From an uncultured virus (IMG/VR IMGVR_UViG_3300046517_000746) (taxonomy: Duplodnaviria > Heunggongvirae > Uroviricota > Caudoviricetes), in the IMG/VR virus record IMGVR_UViG_3300046517_000746: a stretch of DNA of 64,000 bases. The stretch is one strand, 5' to 3'. Below the pieces are notes generated by a model, which was not told where the DNA came from, ran no database searches, and saw nothing but the letters and a program-made list of their open reading frames with translations. The translations under genes and the position numbers were made by a program. This document shows, piece by piece, positions 1 to 8,602 of this stretch (positions are counted from its first letter, which is position 1; the number at the start of each line of letters is the position of its first letter).

Positions 1-1715
1 TCGACCAGACCATTGGCGGCCTCAGTCCGCAGCAATTGACTTTTGTGAATATGACGATCTTTGGCCATCAGCAGGCCGATGTTGGTATCAGTATCGTACC
101 GGATGGCGGTGGCGGTTCACAAGGCTCCAATATTACTTTCCTCAATCCATTCATTGGTACCTGTAACCGTGCTGGCCTGCGCATCAATGGAAATAATGCG
201 CTGAATATCGACATGATTAGCGGTGACGTTCAGAACTGCCAGTATGATGGCATCCAGCAGCTTTCTGGTAGCATGAATGCCATCGGCTGTTCTTTTGAAA
301 ACCAATTATCCGATTTCTTTACCTCGCCACAACGTACTCAACTAGCAAATATGGGCAGGGATATATTGGCCAATGGCCCGGGCGGCGTTGCCAATGCTTC
401 CTATGTGGCCAATATCCGCAGCGAGGCGAATATCGGCGTGTATTCTGACACTGGTCCTGGGGTTTATGTTGCTAATTATGGAGTGCAACAAGTTGATCTT
501 TCAAATCCTGGTTACAACCCTAGCTCCAATTACCAACTCGGAGATTGTATTGTTCCTGACACCAATAATACCAAGGGCCGCGCATTCATGTGCGTGGACA
601 CGGGTGGTGAAAGCATATGGCGGCAATGTGATGATGCCGGTAGTAGCGGCGATATCATAGCGGTCAAGGGAAGCCCAGGGTGGACCGTCAATCAATGGGT
701 AGGTTTTAAGCTTCGCTTCCGGTTTGGCTCCAATGGTTTTACATCCAATCCAGGTTTAATTACCTCAAATACTGCTAACACCATTACACTGGCCGGGTCA
801 GGATTAGGAAATAGTGCCCGTGATGATAGCATGATCCTTATTCAGGGCCTTACTGGGGGAAGTCCACCCAATTGGGATGCCGCTACAGATGGCAATTACG
901 TTCCCCCCGGTCAGACAGGTCAGGGCTTCTTTGCCAACGTAGGGACGAGCACTGTCAATGTTGGTCCTGTCATCTATGGCGGCGTCAGCGTTGGTGATTA
1001 TATTTTGGTGCGCGACGCCACTCTTGTGGGTTGCTTCAACGGTGTCTTTCCACAATTTCCCTTCTCGTTGATTTCTAAAGTTATTACCAAGACGGGCGGC
1101 ACTACGCTCACCGTTACACAGCCGGTGTACTTTGGAAATAGTAGTGGCTTCGGCACTGACGGATACTTCGGCACCGCTGTTGTTGACGGTGCCGTGCGCT
1201 GGCTGGAACTGCCATTTGCCGCGTTTCAAGGCTGCAAGCCACTTGTCCATGCCAACTGCGGGAGTGGCATCGTGCGGAATTGCCAGCACGTCGAGATGCT
1301 TGAATGTAAAAGGACCGACGCGATACAAATAAGTAATATTAATCTCAACAATCCTTTGGCTAACGAATCAGTAAATCTTTCTGGTGGACCAAATTATGAA
1401 CAATTGCAAACAACATTGCCAATATCCTCGCCGCTCGATCTGACCAAATATACCTTTGCAACCGATGTACTTTCATTCACTCCCGCGAACAACCAGACCC
1501 TTAATTTTCCCGACCCGTCTATTGGTGGTTTCTATCAACAATTGACTTTGATTTTCTTAACTTCAGGCATCACCAGCTTCACGATCACCTTTGGCACTAA
1601 TGCCCTGAGCACTGGCACGTTGGCGACGGGTGCGGTCAGCGGAAAACGTTTCGTTGTTCGCTTCGTGAGCGATGGCGCAAAATGGATCGAAATTCAACGT
1701 ACGGGAGCATTATAA
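1..1715 (+). CDS. 3' part of tailspike/receptor-binding protein (allele 1; 5'-truncated at window edge)
   Basis: Open frame from the window start. Near-identical to the C-terminal ~560 aa of 48908..51670; Asn/Gly/Thr-rich beta-helix-like sequence. Confidence 0.75.
   Translation, partial: DQTIGGLSPQQLTFVNMTIFGHQQADVGISIVPDGGGGSQGSNITFLNPFIGTCNRAGLRINGNNALNIDMISGDVQNCQYDGIQQLSGSMNAIGCSFENQLSDFFTSPQRTQLANMGRDILANGPGGVANASYVANIRSEANIGVYSDTGPGVYVANYGVQQVDLSNPGYNPSSNYQLGDCIVPDTNNTKGRAFMCVDTGGESIWRQCDDAGSSGDIIAVKGSPGWTVNQWVGFKLRFRFGSNGFTSNPGLITSNTANTITLAGSGLGNSARDDSMILIQGLTGGSPPNWDAATDGNYVPPGQTGQGFFANVGTSTVNVGPVIYGGVSVGDYILVRDATLVGCFNGVFPQFPFSLISKVITKTGGTTLTVTQPVYFGNSSGFGTDGYFGTAVVDGAVRWLELPFAAFQGCKPLVHANCGSGIVRNCQHVEMLECKRTDAIQISNINLNNPLANESVNLSGGPNYEQLQTTLPISSPLDLTKYTFATDVLSFTPANNQTLNFPDPSIGGFYQQLTLIFLTSGITSFTITFGTNALSTGTLATGAVSGKRFVVRFVSDGAKWIEIQRTGAL
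1..1715 (+). repeat. Diverged direct repeat, copy 1 (copy 2 at 49962..51670)
   Basis: First 139 nt are identical to 49962 onward, followed by scattered substitutions and two single-codon indels (1715 vs 1709 nt). Confidence 0.95.
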
Positions 1716-2149
1716 TGCTTGGCTTTACACCACTTGCAGGTGGCCCACTAGCGTTCGGGCCGTTAGGGCCTATTGGTGGCGGCGGTGGCGGTGCTATGAA
1801 TGCACAGTTTCGCCTTTTAATGGATCATTTCTTACCTAACACTTGTGGAGGGGCTTTCTATCCTGCTGGTTCTGTTATCACTGTAGGTATTGATGTACCA
1901 GTCGATTGGGTACCAACCCAAGCTGTTGATCCACTGAACCAGTTAGCTATAGAAGCCTTCTGGAACAACGGCCCCGTCAACCGTGGCGGCTCAGAGCCTT
2001 GGCGGGATCAACAACCCTGGGGCCCACAGAACGGTCGCTTCGTCGGCTCTTTTGTCTCCGCTCCACTGGTCTATTGGGCACCGAGCGGAGGCAACACATA
2101 CACTCTAACCGGGGCCGGAGCATCCCTCGGACCCAAGGCCGCAACATAG
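1715..2149 (+). CDS. Hypothetical protein, probably virion-associated
   Basis: ATG overlaps the upstream TAA (TAATG); starts MLGFTPLAGGPLA. Confidence 0.6.
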   Translation: MLGFTPLAGGPLAFGPLGPIGGGGGGAMNAQFRLLMDHFLPNTCGGAFYPAGSVITVGIDVPVDWVPTQAVDPLNQLAIEAFWNNGPVNRGGSEPWRDQQPWGPQNGRFVGSFVSAPLVYWAPSGGNTYTLTGAGASLGPKAAT

Positions 2150-2158
2150 GAGATCTAA

Positions 2159-2320
2159 ATGCCAAGCAAATCCCCAAAGCAAGCTCGCTTCATGGCGATG
2201 GTTGCACACAATCCTTCCGCTGCGAAGCGGGTAGGCGTTCCGCAATCTGTAGGCAAAGAATTCAACACCGCAGACGCCAAGACCGGCATCCTTAGAAAGA
2301 AGAAGAAACAAAATGGCTGA
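2159..2320 (+). CDS. Small basic phage protein (MPSKSPKQARFMAMVAHNP..., 53 aa)
   Basis: AGGAG SD before ATG at 2159; below the ORF-track cutoff; the N-terminus resembles a common small phage protein family. Confidence 0.7.
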   Translation: MPSKSPKQARFMAMVAHNPSAAKRVGVPQSVGKEFNTADAKTGILRKKKKQNG

Positions 2321-2681
2321 CCATTCAGAACATCTTCTCGAACGTATTGCTCGGGAGTTGAAGACAATTCGTGAGTCTGTAATCCAAGCAGTCAACCACG
2401 AAGTAGAAGCCGAAGGTGAAATCCCTGAGAAGATGCGTCGCTTCGTCACCTACATGCATGATATCCACGACATATCCTACATGTACGAAGAACGAGGCCA
2501 CGCCTGTCCGCAACACATTCTCCGTGAAATGGAGCGCTGCGACGATCGCTTTCGGCAGCTGATAAAGGAACTCCATCTCGATGGTGGTACCTTTGAAAAG
2601 GTCCGTCGTGAGATGGCTGCTGATCCCGAAAACCGTTGGGATCATACGAGGCTCTTATACGCACGAAAGGAAAGCCAATGA
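2313..2681 (+). CDS. Hypothetical protein
   Basis: 122-aa ORF coupled to both neighbours. Confidence 0.7.
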   Translation: MADHSEHLLERIARELKTIRESVIQAVNHEVEAEGEIPEKMRRFVTYMHDIHDISYMYEERGHACPQHILREMERCDDRFRQLIKELHLDGGTFEKVRREMAADPENRWDHTRLLYARKESQ

Positions 2682-2878
2682 AGCAAGGCAGAGCAAACTT
2701 AGACGTGAAGGCGGACCGAAAGGTCGAACCAATCCCCCATGCTGTCTCAGTCTGTGCGGTTAGTGGGCTAGGACAGTCGATCAATTACAAGAGTGAACAA
2801 ATCTACCAAGGCCGTGGGCTTAAAGCCCCTATGGCTGGAGAAGAAAGCCACCCCTGCGGATCACAAGGCAAACACTAG
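2678..2878 (+). CDS. Small hypothetical protein ending in GSQGKH
   Basis: ATGA overlap with upstream stop; AAGGA SD. Confidence 0.65.
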   Translation: MKQGRANLDVKADRKVEPIPHAVSVCAVSGLGQSINYKSEQIYQGRGLKAPMAGEESHPCGSQGKH

Positions 2879-2887
2879 GAGAGAACA

Positions 2888-3202
2888 ATGGCGGAACGAG
2901 ACATACTGAAGCTGCTCTCAGTCCTGCACCAGACGAGCGGCTACCCAGTCTTTAAACCTCTCTACGACAGAGCCATGAAGACGCTTACGGAAATGGCTGT
3001 GGAGGAGAAGAAGGTCCTGGATGAAGAGGCAAAGAAGGAAGCCGCTGAGAAGCTTGAAGAGGAAGGCAAGATAGCGGCAGCTAAGGCAGCAGAGGCGAAG
3101 CTGAAAGAGGTAGAGGCACACGAAGCTAAGGAGAAGGAAGAAGCTGAGATAAAGGCCTCGGCTAAGAAAGTAATAGCCGAAAGACCTGAGGAGAGGCGCT
3201 GA
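2888..3202 (+). CDS. Glu/Lys/Ala-rich coiled-coil hypothetical protein
   Basis: AGGAG SD; EAK-rich C-terminal half. Confidence 0.7.
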   Translation: MAERDILKLLSVLHQTSGYPVFKPLYDRAMKTLTEMAVEEKKVLDEEAKKEAAEKLEEEGKIAAAKAAEAKLKEVEAHEAKEKEEAEIKASAKKVIAERPEERR

Positions 3203-3483
3203 TGGCAAGAGATATTCTCAATGAATTCGGTCCGGATCACCACGCTGCTACGCATAGCCCGGGCAGTAGTGGCCTTACCACTGATGGTGGGAAGCCTTAC
3301 TGCAAGCCTGGTGATTATTCGCCTCCTGCTGGCCCTATTCATCAAGGTGGTGAAGGCCCAGGACTTCGGGGAGGAGTGAACGCAGGCCACGATCAAAAGC
3401 TAACAGCAACCGGAGGGGCCGTTGGCTCTCCCGGGCTTCATGGAAGCAACCACGGTAACAAAGGTTCACAAGGGAGTCACTAA
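3202..3483 (+). CDS. Gly-rich disordered protein, paralog 1 (MARDILNEFGPD...)
   Basis: TGATG coupling; shares N-terminus and PGLxG...GSQ motifs with the next ORF. Confidence 0.7.
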   Translation: MARDILNEFGPDHHAATHSPGSSGLTTDGGKPYCKPGDYSPPAGPIHQGGEGPGLRGGVNAGHDQKLTATGGAVGSPGLHGSNHGNKGSQGSH

Positions 3484-3749
3484 TGGCAAGAGATATCCTC
3501 GATGACTTCGGTCCCGACTCTTCTGGTGCGCAGAAGGGTAGGGCCAAGAGCGGCGGCGTTAAGCAAGCCGAAGACGTGATGAACTACAAGATGCCGCAAG
3601 GCCCTACCTCAGTCAATAACCCCCAGACCCCAGGCCTCCACGGCAATGTCTATCCCTCAGGAAGCCAAACCGCCAGTACCCAAGGCGGCGAAGGTGGAAG
3701 CCCTGGAATTGGTGGTAAGTCTCCTAGCAAATCAGGATCACAACGATGA
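3483..3749 (+). CDS. Gly-rich disordered protein, paralog 2 (MARDILDDFGPD...)
   Basis: TAATG coupling; N-terminal nucleotide similarity to the 3202 ORF. Confidence 0.7.
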   Translation: MARDILDDFGPDSSGAQKGRAKSGGVKQAEDVMNYKMPQGPTSVNNPQTPGLHGNVYPSGSQTASTQGGEGGSPGIGGKSPSKSGSQR

Positions 3750-4831
3750 CCACTAACGTTGATATAGTCAACCGTGCGTTACAGATGATAGGTACACGGA
3801 CGACTGTAACAGCAACGGAATTGGCTAACCAAACAACCAACGAAGCCATTCAGGCTAGTATAGTCTTAACAACACTCCGTGACTCCACGCTGAGAATGGC
3901 ACCGTGGAACTGTGCGCAAGCCTTCGCCAACCTCACATACATCACCTCTTCTCAAGGAACGCCGGAGAACATGTCTTCGGGTACACAGCTTTGGCAAACC
4001 GGCCAGCCAGCGCCACCTTGGGCCTACGAGTACCAATATCCCCTCGATTGCCTAAAGCCCCTCTTCATCATCCCGCAGTTCCAATCCGGCTTCTCGGGTG
4101 GTGTTCCGATCACAACCGCAGTCACTGGTGGCGCAGCTGCCTTCTGGCAAGGGCCTCCGATCAAGTACAAAGTATCTATCGATAAGTTCTTTCCTGTAAC
4201 TGCTGCTGCCGTTGCGGCCGGAGGCTCGGGCTATGTGGTGGGGGACACGATTACGTTGGCCGTGGGGCCAAATACTGCGCTTCCTATTGGCGCTCCTGCT
4301 CAGCTTAGTGTGGCTACTATTGGGGGTGGTGGTGCTGTATCTTCTGTTCTCGTAGTCAACCAGATCTCAGGGGAGGCTACGCCGTTAGGTGGGAGCTACT
4401 TTGCCGTTCAAGCCAACCCTGTAGCGCAAGGCTCGACCTCTGGCGTTGGGACTGGCGCTACCTTCAACCTGACCTTCGGCCCTCGTGGCGATCAGCGAGT
4501 CATCCTCACCAACCAAGAATTCGCTACCCTCGCCTACGTTCGTCAGATCACAGATCCAAACGTAATGGATCCACTCTTTCAGGATGCTTGGGTTGCTATC
4601 CTCGCCGCTCGCCTCGTCATGGCCTTAACAGGTGACAAGCAAGTAGCGAATCTCAAGATCAATGAAGCCAACCAATCCATCACCGAAGCCCGCAAGGCCG
4701 ATGGTAACGAAGGTCTCACGATCAACGACATAACCCCTGATTGGATCCGCATCCGTGGTATCGGCTATTCGGATTACTCTTACACCCCTAACGTAGACTT
4801 CAATTGGGGTTCATTGTGGTCGAGCTTCTAA
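3746..4831 (+). CDS. Tail tubular protein A/adaptor (T7 gp11-like) with inserted beta-domain
   Basis: DIVNRALQMIG...WNCA...WAYEYQYPLDCL...YVRQITDPNVMDPLF pattern; lies just before tube B. Confidence 0.8.
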   Translation: MTTNVDIVNRALQMIGTRTTVTATELANQTTNEAIQASIVLTTLRDSTLRMAPWNCAQAFANLTYITSSQGTPENMSSGTQLWQTGQPAPPWAYEYQYPLDCLKPLFIIPQFQSGFSGGVPITTAVTGGAAAFWQGPPIKYKVSIDKFFPVTAAAVAAGGSGYVVGDTITLAVGPNTALPIGAPAQLSVATIGGGGAVSSVLVVNQISGEATPLGGSYFAVQANPVAQGSTSGVGTGATFNLTFGPRGDQRVILTNQEFATLAYVRQITDPNVMDPLFQDAWVAILAARLVMALTGDKQVANLKINEANQSITEARKADGNEGLTINDITPDWIRIRGIGYSDYSYTPNVDFNWGSLWSSF

Positions 4832-7639
4832 ATGGTACAATCAGTAATCCAAACCACCTTCCATGCAGGTGAGTGGGCGCCAGCGCTTTATGCACGAGTT
4901 GATCTTGCAAAGTACAAGGCTGCTGCGGCGATTCTACGGAACTTCTTCGTCGACTACCGTGGCGGCGCTAGCTCACGTACAGGGACGAAGTATATTATCC
5001 AAGCTAAGGACTCCGCTAACAACGTTCGCTTGATTCCATTTCAAGCATCCCAAAACGTCGGATATATTCTAGAGTTTGGGAACCTTTATATTAGGTTCCA
5101 CTTCAACGGAGCCCCGATCCTTGAGACATCGATAGTCATTACTAACGTCTCTGGTAGCACAGTCACTGCCGTCAACACTTACGCAGTTGGCGATTGGGTT
5201 CTTATCAATGGCGTTGGTGGCGTTACGAATATCAACGGCAAGTATTTTATCGTTGCCTCCGCTACTGGCGCTAGCTTCACGGTAACGGATCTGGTTGGTG
5301 CAACGCCTTCCTTCAGTGGATATACTTCAGGTGGCACATCGGCGAGGATCTATACTCTTCCATCGCCCTACGCTTCCTCTGAGCTAGCAACTATCAAATT
5401 CACCCAAAACGTTGACAAGCTTATCCTCGTTCAGGTTGCGCATCCGCCTTATGTGCTTACACTCATTGCAGCAAATAACTGGACACTCAATTCAATCTTC
5501 TTCGGTTCCACTGTCAATCCACCTCTTGGCTTGGCAGCTGGTACCACAAACGCAGGCACTGGACGTTATGGTTGGCAAGTGACTGCTGTTGACGCCAATG
5601 GACAGGAGTCCCCACCAACCGCTGCGGTGTATAGCACGGTCAACATTACCGCTGGTCAGATAACAACAATCAATCTCACATGGACCCCCGTTACAGGCGC
5701 TATAGCCTACAACGTCTATCGCACTCCTGAGTCAACTGCTGCCAACCCACCAGCAGGCGTTGCCTATGGCCTTATCACAACCGTCACAGCTGCTAATGCA
5801 GATGACACATTCTTCAGCAACGTAGCGCAACTCTCAGCTGACTTCTCCATCAGCCCTCCGGTGGCGAAGAACCCATTCGTAGGCGATGGCGTTGCTAGTG
5901 TTACCGTCACAGCACAAGGTGCTTACACAACCGTCCCAGGAGTAACCTTCGCTGCCCCTCCCGCTGGAGGCGTTACCGCTACTGGTAATGCTGTTCTTGG
6001 AGTAATCTCCGCAACGGTCGTCTCCAGTGGTACTGGATTTGTAGTAGGTCAAACATTTAAGAATACAGGGTCTGCTCATGAAGCATTTACCGTCAGGGCG
6101 GAAACCGTTGATGGCGGTGGCGCTGTTCTAACTGTTAGTATAGTTAATCCTGCCTCGATCTCAGCAGGGACAACGCCAGGCAATCCTAGGACTTGTAGTA
6201 AAATCAGTGGTGGTGGAGGCTTTTCTATTGACGTAAATGCCATTTGGGGCGTTACTTCAGTCACCATAGGCCAAGCAGGTTCTGGATATCCCGTCGCACC
6301 TGCGATTACATTCTCAGCTGGTGCTGCTGCCGCTACGGCAATTGCGCAAAGCAACACAGCTGGAAATCCATCCGCTGTAGGCCTCTTTCAACAACGCTTG
6401 GTCCTTGCCGCAAAACCCTTGGCTGTTCAAACCTTCGATATGAGCCAACCGGGGAGCTACTATAACTTCAACATCAGCGTACCAATTCAAGCCTCCGACG
6501 CTATCACTGGCTCGTTGGTCTCTGGTGAACTTAATGAAATCAAATCCATGGTCTCGGTACCAACTGGCCTTATCCTTCTAACCGGTAAGTCTAATTGGCT
6601 TGTAAGTTCTGGTTCCGGAAACTCAGCCGTCTCCCCTATCGACATCGCAGCGCACGCCCACTCCTACAACGGCGCTTCTGATGTTCCACCAATTGTCGCT
6701 AACTTCGACGTTCTCTTCGTTCAAGCCAAGGGCTCCATCGTTCGAGATCTAACATTCAACTTCTACACCCAAATCTACACCGGCACTGACATCTCAGTCC
6801 TCTCCAGCCACCTATTCTACGGCCACACCATCCTCGAATGGGCATGGGCTGAGGAACCTTACAAGATCGTCCATGCCGTAAGAGACGATGGCGTGTTGCT
6901 CATGCTCACGTTCTTAAAGGAACAAGAACTTATCGGCTGGGCCCATAGCGACACAAACGGCTTGTTCAAATCCATAGCGACCGTAACCGAAGTAGTCGTC
7001 TTCGGTCGAGTAGATGCCACCTACGTCGTCGTAGAGAGGGTCATCAATGGAAACACTGTCAAATACATCGAACGATTTGCCGAACGTCTCTTCACCAACG
7101 GTGCAACCGACGCTTGGTGCGTTGACGCAGGGCTTCAATACAATGGAGCCCCTGTTACCTCTTTCTCTGGCGCTGAACACTTGGCTGGTGCTATTGTCAC
7201 CGGTCTTGCTGATGGGGCTGTCATACCACCTTTTATTATGTCGACAAGCGGAAACTTTACTCTCAGCACTCCAGCCTCCAAGGTCACCGTAGGGCTTCCA
7301 TTCGCAGCGCAGCTGAAGACCCTTCCACTCGATACCGGCGAACCGACGTCTCAAGGGAAGCGGAAGAGCATTGGTGGCGTTACTGTACGTGTTCAGGAGA
7401 CCCTTGGCTTGCGGATAGGGAAGGATTTCGTCTCTGCTATTCCAATGAAGGACCTTGTCCTTGGCAACGTAGGAAGTCAAACCAATCAAGTCGTTACCGG
7501 CCTTGTTACTGGCGACACACGTACGATCATCGATCCTTCCTGGGACGTACCGGGGCAGTATTGCATTGAGCAAACCAACCCACTCCCAGCTACTATCCTT
7601 GGTGTGATCCCGGAGATAGAAATCGGGGACACGAAATGA
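4832..7639 (+). CDS. Tail tubular protein B/nozzle (T7 gp12-like)
   Basis: QTTFHAGEWAPALYARVDLAKY N-terminus, NPSAVGLFQQRL motif, 935 aa; synteny. Confidence 0.85.
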   Translation: MVQSVIQTTFHAGEWAPALYARVDLAKYKAAAAILRNFFVDYRGGASSRTGTKYIIQAKDSANNVRLIPFQASQNVGYILEFGNLYIRFHFNGAPILETSIVITNVSGSTVTAVNTYAVGDWVLINGVGGVTNINGKYFIVASATGASFTVTDLVGATPSFSGYTSGGTSARIYTLPSPYASSELATIKFTQNVDKLILVQVAHPPYVLTLIAANNWTLNSIFFGSTVNPPLGLAAGTTNAGTGRYGWQVTAVDANGQESPPTAAVYSTVNITAGQITTINLTWTPVTGAIAYNVYRTPESTAANPPAGVAYGLITTVTAANADDTFFSNVAQLSADFSISPPVAKNPFVGDGVASVTVTAQGAYTTVPGVTFAAPPAGGVTATGNAVLGVISATVVSSGTGFVVGQTFKNTGSAHEAFTVRAETVDGGGAVLTVSIVNPASISAGTTPGNPRTCSKISGGGGFSIDVNAIWGVTSVTIGQAGSGYPVAPAITFSAGAAAATAIAQSNTAGNPSAVGLFQQRLVLAAKPLAVQTFDMSQPGSYYNFNISVPIQASDAITGSLVSGELNEIKSMVSVPTGLILLTGKSNWLVSSGSGNSAVSPIDIAAHAHSYNGASDVPPIVANFDVLFVQAKGSIVRDLTFNFYTQIYTGTDISVLSSHLFYGHTILEWAWAEEPYKIVHAVRDDGVLLMLTFLKEQELIGWAHSDTNGLFKSIATVTEVVVFGRVDATYVVVERVINGNTVKYIERFAERLFTNGATDAWCVDAGLQYNGAPVTSFSGAEHLAGAIVTGLADGAVIPPFIMSTSGNFTLSTPASKVTVGLPFAAQLKTLPLDTGEPTSQGKRKSIGGVTVRVQETLGLRIGKDFVSAIPMKDLVLGNVGSQTNQVVTGLVTGDTRTIIDPSWDVPGQYCIEQTNPLPATILGVIPEIEIGDTK

Positions 7640-8046
7640 ATGTGGTGATAGAACAGGCTCCTGGTTCGATTGCGCTAACTGCAATGCATAAGAGTCTTTC
7701 TAAGAAGGATAGGATAACGATGGCTGATTCTCTTAGGATCAGCAATACGATTTGGATTGGGAAGGTGGATGGAGAGTTAGCGTGTGTTTGGGGTGTGGTG
7801 CTGCCGACGATTATGTCTGATAGAGCTTACCTCTGGCTTTGGACAACGGAGAAGATAAAGGAACATCCATTTGTATTCGTTCGTCGAGCGCAGATTGTGG
7901 TTGCGGAATTACTCAAGGAATACAGCGTTGTTGTTGGTCATACTGTCGTAGGCGCAAGGAATAGCATCCGGTGGCTCAAATGGCTCGGGGCGAAGTTTGG
8001 TGAACCAGACGGGGACCTTATTCCATTTCAGATAGGGAGAAAGTAA
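7636..8046 (+). CDS. T7 gp13-like GNAT-fold virion assembly protein
   Basis: AYLWLWTT...NSIRWLKWLGAKF motif; lies after tube B. Confidence 0.7.
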   Translation: MNVVIEQAPGSIALTAMHKSLSKKDRITMADSLRISNTIWIGKVDGELACVWGVVLPTIMSDRAYLWLWTTEKIKEHPFVFVRRAQIVVAELLKEYSVVVGHTVVGARNSIRWLKWLGAKFGEPDGDLIPFQIGRK

Positions 8047-8595
8047 ATGGCGGATCCAATTACCTTGTTAGCGGTAGGTGCTACTATTGCGGGTGGTACG
8101 CTCGCCGCAGCAGGTCAGCTGCAAGGTGGCAAAGCCGGTTACGAGATGGGTAGGTTTCGTGAAGCGATTGCACGACAGAATGCACTATATGAGATCCAGA
8201 TTGGCGAACGTAGGGCTGGTGAGCTTGGTCTGAAACAGGCACAAAGGTCAATCATACCCGCTCAAGCCGCAGGCGGTCTTGATGTTAGGTCCGGCTCTGC
8301 TGTTGAGGTTCAGAAGAGTCAGTATGCAGTAAATCAGATAGAGCAACAAGATGTTCGTGCTGCTGCTGGTAGTAAAGCCCGTGCAGAGAATATTCAAGGT
8401 GACATCGATCTCGCCACAGGTAAGCAAATGAGGACCGCTAGCTACTACCAAGCAGGCGCTACCGTTCTAGGTACGGTTGGATCGGCCGCTGGTAAATGGT
8501 ATCAAGGACGTCAGTTGGGGATGTATGGCAGCGGAAGTGGCATCGATACTGGTGTGGGACTCAGTCCCTTTGGTGGAAGCAGTATGTTTAGTTAG
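8047..8595 (+). CDS. Internal virion/ejection protein (T7 gp14-like)
   Basis: Ala/Gly-rich hydrophobic N-terminus, QAAGGLDVRSGSA motif; synteny. Confidence 0.7.
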   Translation: MADPITLLAVGATIAGGTLAAAGQLQGGKAGYEMGRFREAIARQNALYEIQIGERRAGELGLKQAQRSIIPAQAAGGLDVRSGSAVEVQKSQYAVNQIEQQDVRAAAGSKARAENIQGDIDLATGKQMRTASYYQAGATVLGTVGSAAGKWYQGRQLGMYGSGSGIDTGVGLSPFGGSSMFS

Positions 8596-8602
8596 GTAAA
8601 AC

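Noticed and set aside
346..385. MGRDIL inside the tailspike matching the MARDIL leader
   Set aside because: Short match with no SD or FGPD continuation; probably chance.
1..1715. Diversity-generating retroelement (TR/VR pair), suggested by the BPP-1-like genome and the diverged tail repeat
   Set aside because: No reverse transcriptase is present. The repeat is 1.7 kb, and many differences are C/T synonymous changes or indels rather than adenine-specific substitutions.
1..1715. True direct terminal repeat of one phage
   Set aside because: The copies are not identical beyond 139 nt and lead into different downstream genes.
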